Assembly (NCBI GenBank): GCA_947471985.1
Contig: CANIZL010000009.1
Coordinates: 21,810-85,809 of the forward strand
DNA from: Verrucomicrobiota bacterium
GTDB taxonomy: Bacteria; Verrucomicrobiota; Verrucomicrobiia; Limisphaerales; UBA9464
Reading direction: 5' to 3'
DNA: 64,000 nucleotides
A program made the translations under genes and the position numbers. Numbering within the stretch: position 1 is the first letter of the stretch; each line of letters opens with the position of its first letter. The notes under the pieces are model-generated. The model ran no database searches and was not told the origin of the DNA. It saw only the letters and a list, made by a program, of their open reading frames with translations. This document shows positions 17,527-27,974 of the stretch, one piece after another.

Positions 17527-19260
17527 ATGAAGTTTCGCTGGAACATCGCTGTAACGCAGCCGTTGCTCACCCGTGCCCTTGTGGCCGAGGTGAAGGTGAC
17601 TCCGTTGCTGGCGCAATGTTTGGTGAATCGCGGCTTTTCCGCCCCCGAATCCGCCCGCTCCTTCCTGGAGCCGCGGCTCAAGACTCTGAGCGATCCCTTC
17701 CTGCTGCCGCAGATGGATCGCGCGGTGGAGCGGCTCTTCGCCGCTCGCGAACGGCGCGAGGAACTGGTGATTTTTGGGGACTATGACGTGGACGGCGTGA
17801 CCGCCACAGCCCTGCTGACCACCGTCCTCCAACCCCTCGGTTGGACCGTCCGACAGTTTGTACCGGACCGCTTCGATGAGGGCTACGGCCTGACTCAGGC
17901 CGGGGTGGAGAATTGCCTGGAGCAACATCCGTCCACCCTCCTGGTGGCGGTGGATTGCGGTTCCACGGCCGTCGACCAGATCGCGTGGCTCCGGGATCGC
18001 GGCGTCGATGTCATCGTGCTGGATCATCACCAATTCGGTCCGGTGCACCCGGCGGCGACCGCCTTGGTGAACCCGCAATTGGGCGACACCTTTCGGGAAC
18101 TGTGCTCCGTCGGTCTGGCCTTCAAGCTCGCGCACGCGGTGCTGAAGCACGGTCGGGAAGTGGGCCTGCCGGGCTTCGATCGCTTTGAGCTGAAACCGCT
18201 GCTGGATCTTGTGGCGCTCGGCACCGTGGCGGATCTCGTGCCGCTGACCGGCGAGAATCGCATCCTGGTCGCCGTGGGTTTGGAACGGTTGTCGTCCACG
18301 ACGCGGCCGGGGTTGGTGGCCCTGAAGGAAGTCGCCGGCGTCAGTGGCGATTGCGCGCCGTACAATGTCGGTTTTCAACTCGGTCCGCGTTTGAATGCGG
18401 CGGGACGGATCGAAACCGCCCGGGCGGCCCTCGACCTCCTGCTGGCGCCGGACCTGGAGACCGCCCGCCCGTTGGCCGAAGCGCTGGATCAGACCAATCG
18501 CGAGCGGCAGAACATCGAACGGCGCATGGCCGACGACGTCGTGGGCATCGTCCGCTCCAAATTCGATCCGGAGCGCGACGTGGTGATCGTGGAAGGCGCT
18601 CCGCTGTGGCACATCGGCGTGGTGGGGATCGTGGCGAGCCGGGTGCTGCGGGAATTCTATCGGCCGACCCTGATCATCGGCGGCGATGGCAACTACTGGC
18701 GCGGGTCTGGTCGCAGTGTTCCGGGATTCGATCTGGCGGCGGCGCTGCGGGATTGCGGGGACCTGCTGGTAAAACACGGCGGCCATGCCATGGCCGCGGG
18801 CGTCACCCTCGAGCCCGCCAATCTGCCGGCGCTTCGTGACCGGTTAAACGTGCTGGCCCGGCGGGTTTTGACCGTGGAGCAATTGGTGCCGGAGCTGCGC
18901 CTCGATGCGTCGATTGTCCTGGGCGATTTGACGACCGATTGCCTGGCGGAGCTGGGCCGGCTCGAACCCTTCGGTCAGGGCAACGCACCGATTCAACTGG
19001 TGGTCCGCCAACTGCGCCATGCCCGTCCGCCGCAACGGATGGGGAAGGAGCAGCAGCACTGGAAACTTTGGGTGACTGAAGTGGGTCGCGCCGGATCCAA
19101 TCCGGTGGAGGTCGTCTGGTGGGGCGCCGGGGAAACCCCCGCGCCGGCCAGCGCATCCTTCGACCTGGCCGTGGTTCCGGAGATCAACGCCTACAACGGG
19201 GTGCGGCGGCTGCAGTTGAAGATGCTGGATTGGCGTCCGGCTTCCGGCGGCGATCTCTGA
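17527..19260 (+). CDS. recJ: Single-stranded-DNA-specific exonuclease RecJ
   Basis: GDYDVDG, VDCGS, LDHH, LGTVAD, GPRLNAAGR, GSGRS, HGGHAMAAG. Start placed at ATG 17527. Confidence 0.95.
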   Translation: MKFRWNIAVTQPLLTRALVAEVKVTPLLAQCLVNRGFSAPESARSFLEPRLKTLSDPFLLPQMDRAVERLFAARERREELVIFGDYDVDGVTATALLTTVLQPLGWTVRQFVPDRFDEGYGLTQAGVENCLEQHPSTLLVAVDCGSTAVDQIAWLRDRGVDVIVLDHHQFGPVHPAATALVNPQLGDTFRELCSVGLAFKLAHAVLKHGREVGLPGFDRFELKPLLDLVALGTVADLVPLTGENRILVAVGLERLSSTTRPGLVALKEVAGVSGDCAPYNVGFQLGPRLNAAGRIETARAALDLLLAPDLETARPLAEALDQTNRERQNIERRMADDVVGIVRSKFDPERDVVIVEGAPLWHIGVVGIVASRVLREFYRPTLIIGGDGNYWRGSGRSVPGFDLAAALRDCGDLLVKHGGHAMAAGVTLEPANLPALRDRLNVLARRVLTVEQLVPELRLDASIVLGDLTTDCLAELGRLEPFGQGNAPIQLVVRQLRHARPPQRMGKEQQHWKLWVTEVGRAGSNPVEVVWWGAGETPAPASASFDLAVVPEINAYNGVRRLQLKMLDWRPASGGDL

Positions 19261-19336
19261 ACCCTTTCCCGGCGCCTTTTGAGCACGTCGTCCTCCGGCT
19301 GGCGGATCCCGTATTTCCGGGCCATTCTGATCGCGC

Positions 19337-21274
19337 ATGAGTAAGATTGTCGGCATTGATCTCGGAACCACGAACTCGCTGGTGGCGATTGTGGATTCCG
19401 GGATTCCCTATGTGCTCGCAGATCGTGAAGGCCAACGGCTGACGCCGAGCGTCGTTCATCTGCCCGGTTCCGGGGAACCGGCGGTGGTTGGTCACGCGGC
19501 CAATCGCATCCGCCTGCTCAAGCCGCGCGAAACCGTCTATTCCGCCAAACGCTTCATGGGGCGTCGCGGAGGCGATGTTTCCGGTGATGAAATGCGCGTC
19601 ACGTTTCCGGTCTCCGGGACCGGCAATGGGCCGGTCACCTTTGAAATCCATGGGCGCGCCTGGACCCCCGAGGAGATCGCCGCCGAGGTCCTCAAGAAAC
19701 TCAAGACCGAAGCGGAGGCCAGTCTGGGCGAGCCGGTGACGCGGGCCGTGATCACCGTGCCGGCGTACTTCAACGACGCCCAGCGCAATGCCACCATCCG
19801 AGCGGGCGAACTGGCCGGATTCACGGTGGAGCGGATCGTCAACGAACCCACCGCCGCGGCCCTGGCCTACGGTCTCGACAAGCTCGGGCAACAATCCAAG
19901 GTGGCGGTCTACGATCTCGGCGGGGGCACGTTTGATCTTTCCATCCTGGAACTCAATGCCGGCGTTTTTCAGGTGCTGTCGACCCACGGAAATACGCGTT
20001 TGGGTGGCGATGATCTCGACCAGCGGGTCACCGACTTTTTTGCGGCCGCCATCCTGGAGGCGGGCGGACCGGATGTTCGTTTGCCCGCGGAAATGCCGTT
20101 GTTGTCCCGGGTGCGCGAAGCGGCGGAACTCGCCAAGATCCGGCTGAGCACCGAGCTGGAAACCGAAGTCGCCCTGCCGTTCCTGACCGCCACGTTCAGC
20201 TTTCGACTGGTCTTCACCCGCGAGAAGTTGGAGGCGCTGACCCGCGATATCATCGAACGGACCCGCGAGCACTGCTTGCGGTCGATCGCTGACGCGAAGC
20301 TGACGGCAGCGGAGCTGGATCAGGTCATTCTCGTGGGCGGCCAGACGCGCATGCCGCTGGTGCGGCGATTGGTCTCGGAGTGGTTTCAATGCGTGGACTT
20401 CGAAGAGACGCGGGGCGATTTGCGCTTGGGTGATGGGTTTCATCGGGCGAAAGGTCCGCAACTGAATACGTCGCAGAACCCCGACGAAGCAGTGGCCATT
20501 GGCGCGGCCATCCAGGCGGAAATTCTGCGGGGCGGCATCCGCAATCTGTTGTTGCTCGACGTCACGCCCTTGTCGCTCGGTTTGGAGACGTTCGGGGGCT
20601 TGATGAATGTCATCATTCACCGGAACTCCACCATCCCCATCAAGGCGGGTGAGGTCTTCACCACGGCGGTGGATCGGCAGAAATCGATGCTGATTCACGT
20701 CCTGCAAGGCGAGCGGGAGCGGGCCCGGGATAACTGGTCGCTGGGGCGCTTCGAAATCGAATTTGAGACCGCGCCCAAGGGGGTGCCGCGCGTCGGGGTG
20801 CAGTTTGAAATCGATGCGAACGGCATTTTGCACGTGCTGGCGCGGGATCTGAAGACCGGACACCAGAAGGTCGTGGCGATGAAATCGGCGGTGGATGTCG
20901 ATGACGCCGACGTGCAGCGGATGGTCGAGGAATCGGTCGAGCACGCCTTCGATGATTTGCGCGCCCGGCAATGGATTGAAGCCAAGCTGCGGGCGGGTGA
21001 GACCCTGGGGGCCACGCGCAAAACCATGGCCGAGTACGACGCCCAATTGGACGACACCTACCGGCTGCAACTCGAACAGGCGATGACGGCGGTGGAGGAG
21101 GTGCTCGCGCAAGAGCATCCGAAGACCAAGACCGGCGATCCGCAAAAGCTAAAGGCGGCCGTAACCGAGTTGGACCAAGTGACCTTGCCCTTGGCGGAGC
21201 ACGCCATGGATCAGGCGATGGAAGCGATGTTGCGGAAGCAGGGTGGATTGCCGGCGGCCGGCCCGGCGGCGTGA
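19337..21274 (+). CDS. Hsp70-family chaperone (DnaK/HscA-like paralog)
   Basis: [58 protein letters not shown]. Confidence 0.92.
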   Translation: MSKIVGIDLGTTNSLVAIVDSGIPYVLADREGQRLTPSVVHLPGSGEPAVVGHAANRIRLLKPRETVYSAKRFMGRRGGDVSGDEMRVTFPVSGTGNGPVTFEIHGRAWTPEEIAAEVLKKLKTEAEASLGEPVTRAVITVPAYFNDAQRNATIRAGELAGFTVERIVNEPTAAALAYGLDKLGQQSKVAVYDLGGGTFDLSILELNAGVFQVLSTHGNTRLGGDDLDQRVTDFFAAAILEAGGPDVRLPAEMPLLSRVREAAELAKIRLSTELETEVALPFLTATFSFRLVFTREKLEALTRDIIERTREHCLRSIADAKLTAAELDQVILVGGQTRMPLVRRLVSEWFQCVDFEETRGDLRLGDGFHRAKGPQLNTSQNPDEAVAIGAAIQAEILRGGIRNLLLLDVTPLSLGLETFGGLMNVIIHRNSTIPIKAGEVFTTAVDRQKSMLIHVLQGERERARDNWSLGRFEIEFETAPKGVPRVGVQFEIDANGILHVLARDLKTGHQKVVAMKSAVDVDDADVQRMVEESVEHAFDDLRARQWIEAKLRAGETLGATRKTMAEYDAQLDDTYRLQLEQAMTAVEEVLAQEHPKTKTGDPQKLKAAVTELDQVTLPLAEHAMDQAMEAMLRKQGGLPAAGPAA

Positions 21275-21378
21275 GGCCCGGGTAGGGTTGGAGAAAGCGT
21301 CGGATCGTTAAGCGGGGAAATCCGATTCCCGAAAACTGATCTCTTCCCCCGTCGGTCTCCAATCCTACGGTAGCCTTC

Positions 21379-23781
21379 ATGGCTTGGATTCGTGGTCTGA
21401 TTTGGTTGCTGGTGTCGGGTGCCGGGGCATTGGCGTACGCCGTGCTCGCGTTTCGCCGGGGGGAGTCGATCAACTCCGCCTACCTCGTATTGGCGGCGGT
21501 GTGTACGTATGCCATCGGCTATCGCTTCTATTCCAAATGGCTCGCTGCGCGCGTGCTGATGCTGGATGATCGGCGGGCCACACCGTGTCACGTGCACGAG
21601 GATGGACGCGACTTTGTTAAGACCGACCGATGGATTGTTTTCGGTCACCATTTTGCGGCGATTTCCGGGCCGGGACCGCTGGTTGGTCCCGTGCTGGCCG
21701 CCCAGTTTGGCTATCTCCCCAGCGCACTGTGGATTCTGATCGGGGTGGTTCTCGGAGGGGCCGTGCAGGATTTTATCATTCTGTTCGCGTCGATGCGGCG
21801 CGGCGGTCGGTCGCTGGGCCAGATGGTCCGCGACGAACTCGGGGCCTTTGCGGGTCAGTTGGCGATGGTCGCCATTTTGGTGATCATGGTGATCCTGCTG
21901 GGCGTGCTGGCGTTGATCGTGGTCAAGGTTCTGGCCGACAGTCCGTGGGGAGTTTTCACGGTGGGGGCCACGATTCCGATTGCGCTGGGCATGGGCGGGT
22001 ACCTGCGTTTCGTGCGACCGGGCCAAACGTTGGAGGCATCGATTGGCGGCGTGATCCTTTTGTGTGCGGCGGTGTGGGGCGGTCAGTACGTGCATTCCCA
22101 CGCGGAGCTGGCGCGGCAATTTACCTGGGCCGCCCAACCGCTCGCGTGGATCATCATTGTCTACGGCTTTGCGGCGAGTGTGCTGCCGGTGTGGTTGCTC
22201 CTCGCGCCGCGGGATTACCTGAGCACCTTCATGAAGCTCGGCACCATCGTGGCCCTCGCGCTGGGTGTCGTGCTGGTCTGGCCGGAATTGCACATGCCGG
22301 CCGTGACCAAATTCGGGGATGGCTCGGGGCCAGTCGTGCCGGGCACGTTGTTTCCGTTCTGCTTTATCACCATCGCGTGCGGCGCCATCAGTGGATTTCA
22401 CAGTCTGATCTCCAGCGGCATCACGCCGAAAATCGTGAACTCCGAGTCCGACACCCGGGCCATTGGTTACGGCGCAATGTGTTTGGAATCGTTGGTGGCC
22501 ATCATGGCGTTGATCGCGGCGTGCGCGTTGGATCCCGGCGTTTATCTGGCCATGAACATCGCCGGCACGGGACCGGATGCGGCGGCGATCGCGGCCGACA
22601 CGGTGGCCAAGGTCAATGCCACGGGCTTTCCGGTCACGGCGACGGTGATGGATCAACTCGCGGCGAGTGTGGGCGAGAAGAGTCTGTATGGGCGCACGGG
22701 CGGTGCGGCGACGTTGGCCGTCGGCATGGCGACCATTTTCGCCAAGGTGACGGCGGGGCGCTGGCTAGATATTTGGTATCACTTCGCCGTTATGTTTGAG
22801 GCGTTGTTTATCCTCACCACGCTGGATGCGGGAACGCGGGTGGGCCGATATCTATTGCAGGATTTTCTGGGACACCTTTCGCCGAAACTGGGGAACACCC
22901 GCTCGTGGCCGGCCAACGCGTTCGCGTCCGGGCTGATTGTCGCGGGTTGGGGTTTTGTGTTGGTGAACGGAGTGATCAATCCGGAGGGCGGCACCAAGGC
23001 GTTGTGGCCAATTTTCGGCATCGCCAATCAGCTCCTTGCGGCCATCGCCTTGTGCCTGGCGACGACGATCCTGCTGAAGATGTGCCTGGTGCCGCCGACG
23101 GCGGGCGGGAAGCGACGGCATCCGGCGCTGGCCTTGGTGACGCTGATTCCGCTGCTGTGGTTGTTGGCCGTGACGTTTACGGCGGGGTGGCAGAAGATTC
23201 ATCATGTGTCGCCGCGGATTGGTTTTATCGCGGGCGGCCAGGCGGCAGCGGCCCTAACGCCCAAGCTGGAGTCCGCGCTGGCAACGGCGGAGACTGGCGG
23301 CAATCCGGACGTCCTGAAGACGGCCAAGGCCGCGCTGGCCCGCAATCGCATCATTCGCTTCAACGCCCAGTTCGACTGGATGATCACGGCCTTGTTCCTC
23401 GTTTTCGCGGCGGTTTTATTCCTGCTCAGCCTCGTGGTCTGGCTGCGGCTGCTTTCGGGTCGATTGGTGGCCCGCTTGAGTGAAGATCCGCCGACTTGGC
23501 TGCCCGCGGGCGCTTTGTCGAAGGGCGCACGCGGGCCGGGCTTAGCGGGCGTGGCGACCTTGGCGATCGCCTTGCTCCGGGTGTGGAGCGGTCAGGACGA
23601 AGTGGATCGGGAGGCCACCCGAATCGCGGCCTGTGCGCACCGGGCGGAAGGGCAGGTCGGCGTTCCGCGGCTTCTGATCGACGTCGCAGAAGTGCGCGAA
23701 GACCTACGTCGTACGACGGCGCAACAGGCGTACGTCGACGCGGCGGAGCAACGACTTTCCGGCACCGGCCGGTGTTGCTGA
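21379..23781 (+). CDS. cstA: Carbon starvation protein A (CstA) transporter with C-terminal YbdD/YjiX-like extension
   Basis: FGHHFAAISGPGPLVGP, PVWLLLAPRDYLS, IACGAISGFHSL, FILTTLDAGTRVGR, LWPIFGIANQLLA; ends EQRLSGTGRCC. Confidence 0.92.
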   Translation: MAWIRGLIWLLVSGAGALAYAVLAFRRGESINSAYLVLAAVCTYAIGYRFYSKWLAARVLMLDDRRATPCHVHEDGRDFVKTDRWIVFGHHFAAISGPGPLVGPVLAAQFGYLPSALWILIGVVLGGAVQDFIILFASMRRGGRSLGQMVRDELGAFAGQLAMVAILVIMVILLGVLALIVVKVLADSPWGVFTVGATIPIALGMGGYLRFVRPGQTLEASIGGVILLCAAVWGGQYVHSHAELARQFTWAAQPLAWIIIVYGFAASVLPVWLLLAPRDYLSTFMKLGTIVALALGVVLVWPELHMPAVTKFGDGSGPVVPGTLFPFCFITIACGAISGFHSLISSGITPKIVNSESDTRAIGYGAMCLESLVAIMALIAACALDPGVYLAMNIAGTGPDAAAIAADTVAKVNATGFPVTATVMDQLAASVGEKSLYGRTGGAATLAVGMATIFAKVTAGRWLDIWYHFAVMFEALFILTTLDAGTRVGRYLLQDFLGHLSPKLGNTRSWPANAFASGLIVAGWGFVLVNGVINPEGGTKALWPIFGIANQLLAAIALCLATTILLKMCLVPPTAGGKRRHPALALVTLIPLLWLLAVTFTAGWQKIHHVSPRIGFIAGGQAAAALTPKLESALATAETGGNPDVLKTAKAALARNRIIRFNAQFDWMITALFLVFAAVLFLLSLVVWLRLLSGRLVARLSEDPPTWLPAGALSKGARGPGLAGVATLAIALLRVWSGQDEVDREATRIAACAHRAEGQVGVPRLLIDVAEVREDLRRTTAQQAYVDAAEQRLSGTGRCC

Positions 23782-23790
23782 ATTGAGCGC

Positions 23791-24510
23791 ATGAGTTTGA
23801 CCCTCGAACGCATCGTGCCTTGGGGTCGGACGGCCGACGAGTACCGTCGGATGTTTGCGCTCACGCCGGCGGATCTGGCGGACGGAGTGTTGGATTGCGG
23901 AGCAGGTCCGGCGGGTTTCGTAGCGGAGGTGGCCGCGGCAACGGCGGCAACGGGATTATCCTCCGCGGGATTGGATCCGCGGCCGGTGGTGGCGGTGGAT
24001 CCCCTTTACGCGTTTACTGGCGAGGAGATCGGGCAGCGCTTTGCGGAAGTGGCGGAATCCATCATGATCCAGGTCCGGGCGGCGCCGGAGCGCTGGTGCT
24101 GGTCCTATCACGGAACTCCGGAGGGACTTTTGGCCAACCGCCGTTCCGCGTTGACGACATTTCTGGCCGACTACGAGGCCGGTCGCGCGGAGGGACGCTA
24201 TGTGGCGGCGCAGTTACCCAACTTACCCTTTGCGGACGGCCACTTCGGTTTGGCGCTGAGTTCCCATCTTCTGTTTCTGTATTCGGATCTGCTCACGGCG
24301 GAATTCCATGTGCAAGCGGTGCGCGAGCTGGGACGCGTGGCGCGGGAGATCCGAATCTTTCCCCTGCTCAATCTGGATGGCCAGCCGTCCCCGCACGTGC
24401 CCGCGGTGGAATCCGCTGCTGCGCAATGGGGATGGCCGACGGAGCGGGTGCGGGTGGACTACGAACTACAGCCCGGTGGTAATCAAATGCTGCGGATTCT
24501 CTGCCGCTGA
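23791..24510 (+). CDS. Class I SAM-dependent methyltransferase-like protein
   Basis: VLDCGAGPAGF, VAVDPLY, LPFADGHFGLALSSHLLFLY, EIRIFPL. Confidence 0.8.
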   Translation: MSLTLERIVPWGRTADEYRRMFALTPADLADGVLDCGAGPAGFVAEVAAATAATGLSSAGLDPRPVVAVDPLYAFTGEEIGQRFAEVAESIMIQVRAAPERWCWSYHGTPEGLLANRRSALTTFLADYEAGRAEGRYVAAQLPNLPFADGHFGLALSSHLLFLYSDLLTAEFHVQAVRELGRVAREIRIFPLLNLDGQPSPHVPAVESAAAQWGWPTERVRVDYELQPGGNQMLRILCR

Positions 24511-24527
24511 AATTTCGGCGATGGGGT

Positions 24528-24544
24528 GTTGGAAATTTTCCAAC
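24528..24544. promoter_or_regulatory. Palindrome GTTGGAAA-t-TTTCCAAC, possible operator
   Basis: Perfect 8-bp inverted repeat in the AT-richer intergenic region upstream of the LURP-one gene. Confidence 0.3.
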
Positions 24545-24682
24545 CTGAGTTTTTGGATCCTGGATTTTCTCGGGCCGCGGGCCGGCGATTTGAATCGGGC
24601 GTGGGTTTAAACCGAATCAGGTTTGGAAAGATTCGACCGGTTTCGTATCGCCTGAAAAGTGATTTCCGCGTAAAAATCGGGC

Positions 24683-25174
24683 GTGATTTACGTACTGAAA
24701 CAGAAGTTTTGGAGCCTGTCCGATACTTTCAAAATCCGGGATCTCGAGGGCCGTGATTTGTTCGTCGTGAAGGGACGATTCTTCAGCTTGGGCGATAAAT
24801 TATCGTTTCAGGATTTGAACGGCCAGGAACTGATCTTCATCCGGCAGAAGCTGATGTCTTGGGGGCCGACCTACTACTTGGAACAGGGCGGACGCGTAGT
24901 CGCCGAGGTGCGGAAGCATCTGTTCACCTTCTTTCATTGCAAATTCACGGTCGATGTCCCTGGCCCGGATGACTTTGAGGCGCGCGGTGGATTCCTGGAT
25001 CATGAGTACACCTTCACCCGCTCCGGGGAGACCGTGGCCACCAGCAGCAAACGTTGGCTCTCATGGACCGACACCTACGCCATCGACATCCCGAACGACA
25101 ACGACGCGATTTTGCTCCTGGCCGCCGCCGTGGTCATCGATTTGGTGTGTCATCAAAACGACCGAAAGCACTGA
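24683..25174 (+). CDS. LURP-one-related / scramblase (Tubby C2-like) protein
   Basis: YVLKQKFWSLSDTFKIRD, ARGGFLDHEY, SKRWLSWTDTYAIDI, LLAAAVVID. Confidence 0.85.
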   Translation: MIYVLKQKFWSLSDTFKIRDLEGRDLFVVKGRFFSLGDKLSFQDLNGQELIFIRQKLMSWGPTYYLEQGGRVVAEVRKHLFTFFHCKFTVDVPGPDDFEARGGFLDHEYTFTRSGETVATSSKRWLSWTDTYAIDIPNDNDAILLLAAAVVIDLVCHQNDRKH

Positions 25175-25561
25175 GCCCGCGGGGCCATGAACCGACTCGC
25201 AACGCGGGTATTTTCGCTCCGCCATTCCCGCTGACGGGGCTGGTTTTTGTCGGTCCAAGGGTTGAGTGACCGCGACTTGGGAAGTTAGCGGGGGCTCCGA
25301 TTTGTGACCGCGGATGGCGCGGATATCAGGGATAAGAAACGCCGATTTGGCCCGACTCAGCGGCTTCCTTGCCCACGCCCAATTCGCCAGTGTCTACGGA
25401 AGGAAAAGTCTCCGGTCCAAGTAACGCCCCTTCCGACATGGGATGGTGTATCGGGCGATCCTGTGACGATGACTCGCTTGAACGCCTCCGGAGGGTGATG
25501 CGCTAATTCGGCTGTGGCCCCGGCCTTGATGGGACTGGGGCGGTCGTGACAGAATGGCGGG

Positions 25562-26560
25562 ATGGAAATTCCCCGGTTTTGGGCGGAGCATCGGGAGTTC
25601 CGCGTCCTGGCGGGACGCCGAAGGGTGACCCTGCGCCGTTTCGGTTGGTCGTCCAGTTCCGCCGAAGCCGCCGCCGCGCACGCGCGCCAACGGGTGGCGG
25701 AAGCCTGGACGGCGTGGTCGACCGGACAAAAGCCATCGCGCCGGGAGGCCAAATTGGCGTACGGCGGAGCCGACGGTCTGCCGATTCGGGAGGAGATTTT
25801 ATCCGAGCATCCCACGTGCGGTGGGATCGTCACCCGCAACGGCTACGGTGCCCGGTGTCTGAATGTGCCCGATGTGCTCTTTGCCGATATCGACCTGGAA
25901 AACCGCCGGGAATGGGCGGCGCGACTGTGCGGCTCCCTACTTCGCGGCTTGATTTTGTGTGGCCTGCTGGGGTGGTTTTGGTGGAGTGGTGGACTGCTTC
26001 GAGCGACAACGCCTTGGAGTTGGATCGGGGCGGGCTTTCTGCTGCTCAACCTTTTTGAAATCATCCGTCGCTGGCGTCGCTGGCAGCGGGCCCGAACGGC
26101 GGAGCAGGTGCTGGGTTCGCTCCGCGCCTGGTGTGCCGTCCGCCCGGATTGGTTGCTGTGGGTCTACCGGACACCGGCCGGGATACGAACCCTCGCTGCG
26201 CATCGCCTCTTCGATCCGAGATCCACGGAAACGGACGAGTTCTTCGCGGCAGTTGGAGTGGATCCGGTCTATCACAGGATGTGCCGGCTGCAGGATTGTT
26301 TTCGCGCCAGGGTAAGCGCGAAACCTTGGCGGATTGGCATCACCGCACGCATCGGTTGGGGGACCTGGCCCCCGGTTCGAGCAGTGTCGGCTGATCGTCG
26401 GAAGACTTGGGTGGCGACCTACGAGCAGAAGGCCAGCGAATATGCCGCTTGCGAATTCCTCGAAAAACTGGGAGCGGGACCGGAGCACCCGCGGGCCCGC
26501 GCGGTCCGGGAATGGCACGATCAACTCTCTCAAGTAGGGAGGAATCTGCCGGTGGCGTAG
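25562..26560 (+). CDS. Hypothetical membrane protein with a two-TM hairpin
   Basis: Protein-like composition; RRFGWS, PIREE, TRNGYGARCLN, LFADID, YRTPAG, CFRARVSAKPWRIG. Confidence 0.75.
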   Translation: MEIPRFWAEHREFRVLAGRRRVTLRRFGWSSSSAEAAAAHARQRVAEAWTAWSTGQKPSRREAKLAYGGADGLPIREEILSEHPTCGGIVTRNGYGARCLNVPDVLFADIDLENRREWAARLCGSLLRGLILCGLLGWFWWSGGLLRATTPWSWIGAGFLLLNLFEIIRRWRRWQRARTAEQVLGSLRAWCAVRPDWLLWVYRTPAGIRTLAAHRLFDPRSTETDEFFAAVGVDPVYHRMCRLQDCFRARVSAKPWRIGITARIGWGTWPPVRAVSADRRKTWVATYEQKASEYAACEFLEKLGAGPEHPRARAVREWHDQLSQVGRNLPVA

Positions 26561-26580
26561 GCGGGGGGATTCGGACGTTA

Positions 26581-26608
26581 CTTGGTTCTTGGTTCTTGGT
26601 TCTTGGTT
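26581..26608. repeat. Heptamer tandem repeat (CTTGGTT)x4
   Basis: Read directly; lies between convergent genes. Confidence 0.9.
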
Positions 26609-26753
26609 GGGCAAAAAGGGGATTCACGGGGCCTGTCGTTCCTTTCGAGCAGGGGCATGGCCGGTTGCTACAGGCGTCACGCCATGGAGTGAATTCCGTC
26701 GTCTATAGCCCATGATCAACCGCAGGAGCCATGGGTCCTGGAGCGCCGCTGCC

Positions 26754-27974
26754 TCAGGTGGTACGGATGACGGTACGTGCGAGCCCGTTGTCCGGGCTCA
26801 GCGGGCGGGCGGCGTCAAAGTTCATCCGGCGCAGCACCCGGTCCCGCCCGGCAAACATGGGACGCTCCACCAGCCAGTGCAGCATCACGCCGACTGCAAT
26901 AAACGTCGCGAAACAGGCCAGCATCAGCGTCCAGCTCTTGGCCTCCAGTCCCTGCGCGATCAGCACCCGCTGCGTCACGTGACCCACCATTTTATGGCTC
27001 AGGTAGACACCGTACGAAAGCGTCGCCAGCCAGCGGATTGGGAAGAACACCGGGCCGGGGAGATACAAGCGGGGCGATATCACCGCGATGAGCAGGCAGC
27101 CGTACGAAAGAGCGATCAGTGGGTAGCCAAACAGCGCACACGCGTGGTTGTAGAACGGTGAGCAAAACGTGGTGGCCCACCAAAGACCCGCCCCGCCGGC
27201 GACGGCAAATCGCCACGGGCGATCCAGGCACCATCGCTTCAGGTCGTCCCGAAAATGGAAGAGACTGGCGATCCCGACGCCCGTGAGCAGTCCGTCCAGC
27301 CGGGTCTGCGTGCAATAGTAGATCCAGCGGGCCCAGCCCAGGGACCAGGTGGAACCCGGTGCCGCGACGGGTTTTCCTTGAGGATCCAAGGCCACGAAGT
27401 GTTCCCACGAGAACCAGCGAATTCCGAAGCCCAACACCATGAAGGCGGCCACGCTGAGTAATGTCCCCCGGAGGGTTAGTCGGCGTCCCACCCATAGGAG
27501 CACCAACGGCAGCACCAGATAGAACTGTTCCTCGATGCAGAGCGACCAGGCGTGGGAGAACGTCCCGTTTCGACCGGCGTCAAAATAGATATTCTGCGTA
27601 AACGTCAGGTACTTCCACAGCGGGGCCAACGACTCCCGCTCGCGCCAAGACGGCGCGGCGAAATACGCCAGCACCGTGAGCCAGTAGAGCGGCAGGATCC
27701 GAAAGCTCCGCTTGATGAAATAGCTCCCCAGAGAAATCCCACCCCGGGCCCGGGCGGCCAGCAATTGGGACGAGATCAGATACCCGCTGAGCACGAAGAA
27801 GAGATCCACCCCCGTCCAGCCAAACGAGGCCCACCGGGACATCCCGTCCGGATGCGCGAAGAAGACCGAGTAGTGAAAGAGCAGGACCAGCCCGATGGCC
27901 ACGGCACGGAGCAGATCGAGCCCCGGCAGATGTGCCTTGGGAGATTGTGCTTCGTTCGCGGTGTTTACCGGCAT
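26754..27974 (-). CDS. Acyltransferase family 3 (OafA/YrhL-like) membrane O-acyltransferase
   Basis: LDLLRAVAI, GVDLFFVLSGYLI, RILPLY, HAWSLCIEEQFY, SYGVYLSH. Start placed at ATG 27974. Confidence 0.92.
   Translation of the reverse strand: MPVNTANEAQSPKAHLPGLDLLRAVAIGLVLLFHYSVFFAHPDGMSRWASFGWTGVDLFFVLSGYLISSQLLAARARGGISLGSYFIKRSFRILPLYWLTVLAYFAAPSWRERESLAPLWKYLTFTQNIYFDAGRNGTFSHAWSLCIEEQFYLVLPLVLLWVGRRLTLRGTLLSVAAFMVLGFGIRWFSWEHFVALDPQGKPVAAPGSTWSLGWARWIYYCTQTRLDGLLTGVGIASLFHFRDDLKRWCLDRPWRFAVAGGAGLWWATTFCSPFYNHACALFGYPLIALSYGCLLIAVISPRLYLPGPVFFPIRWLATLSYGVYLSHKMVGHVTQRVLIAQGLEAKSWTLMLACFATFIAVGVMLHWLVERPMFAGRDRVLRRMNFDAARPLSPDNGLARTVIRTT

Noticed and set aside
23779-23793. CstA TGA stop is in frame with the downstream methyltransferase ATG, so Sec or readthrough fusion is conceivable
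   Set aside because: RCC-stop is the normal end of the YbdD/YjiX-like family, no SECIS-like hairpin is evident after the TGA, and in-frame spacing occurs by chance one time in three.
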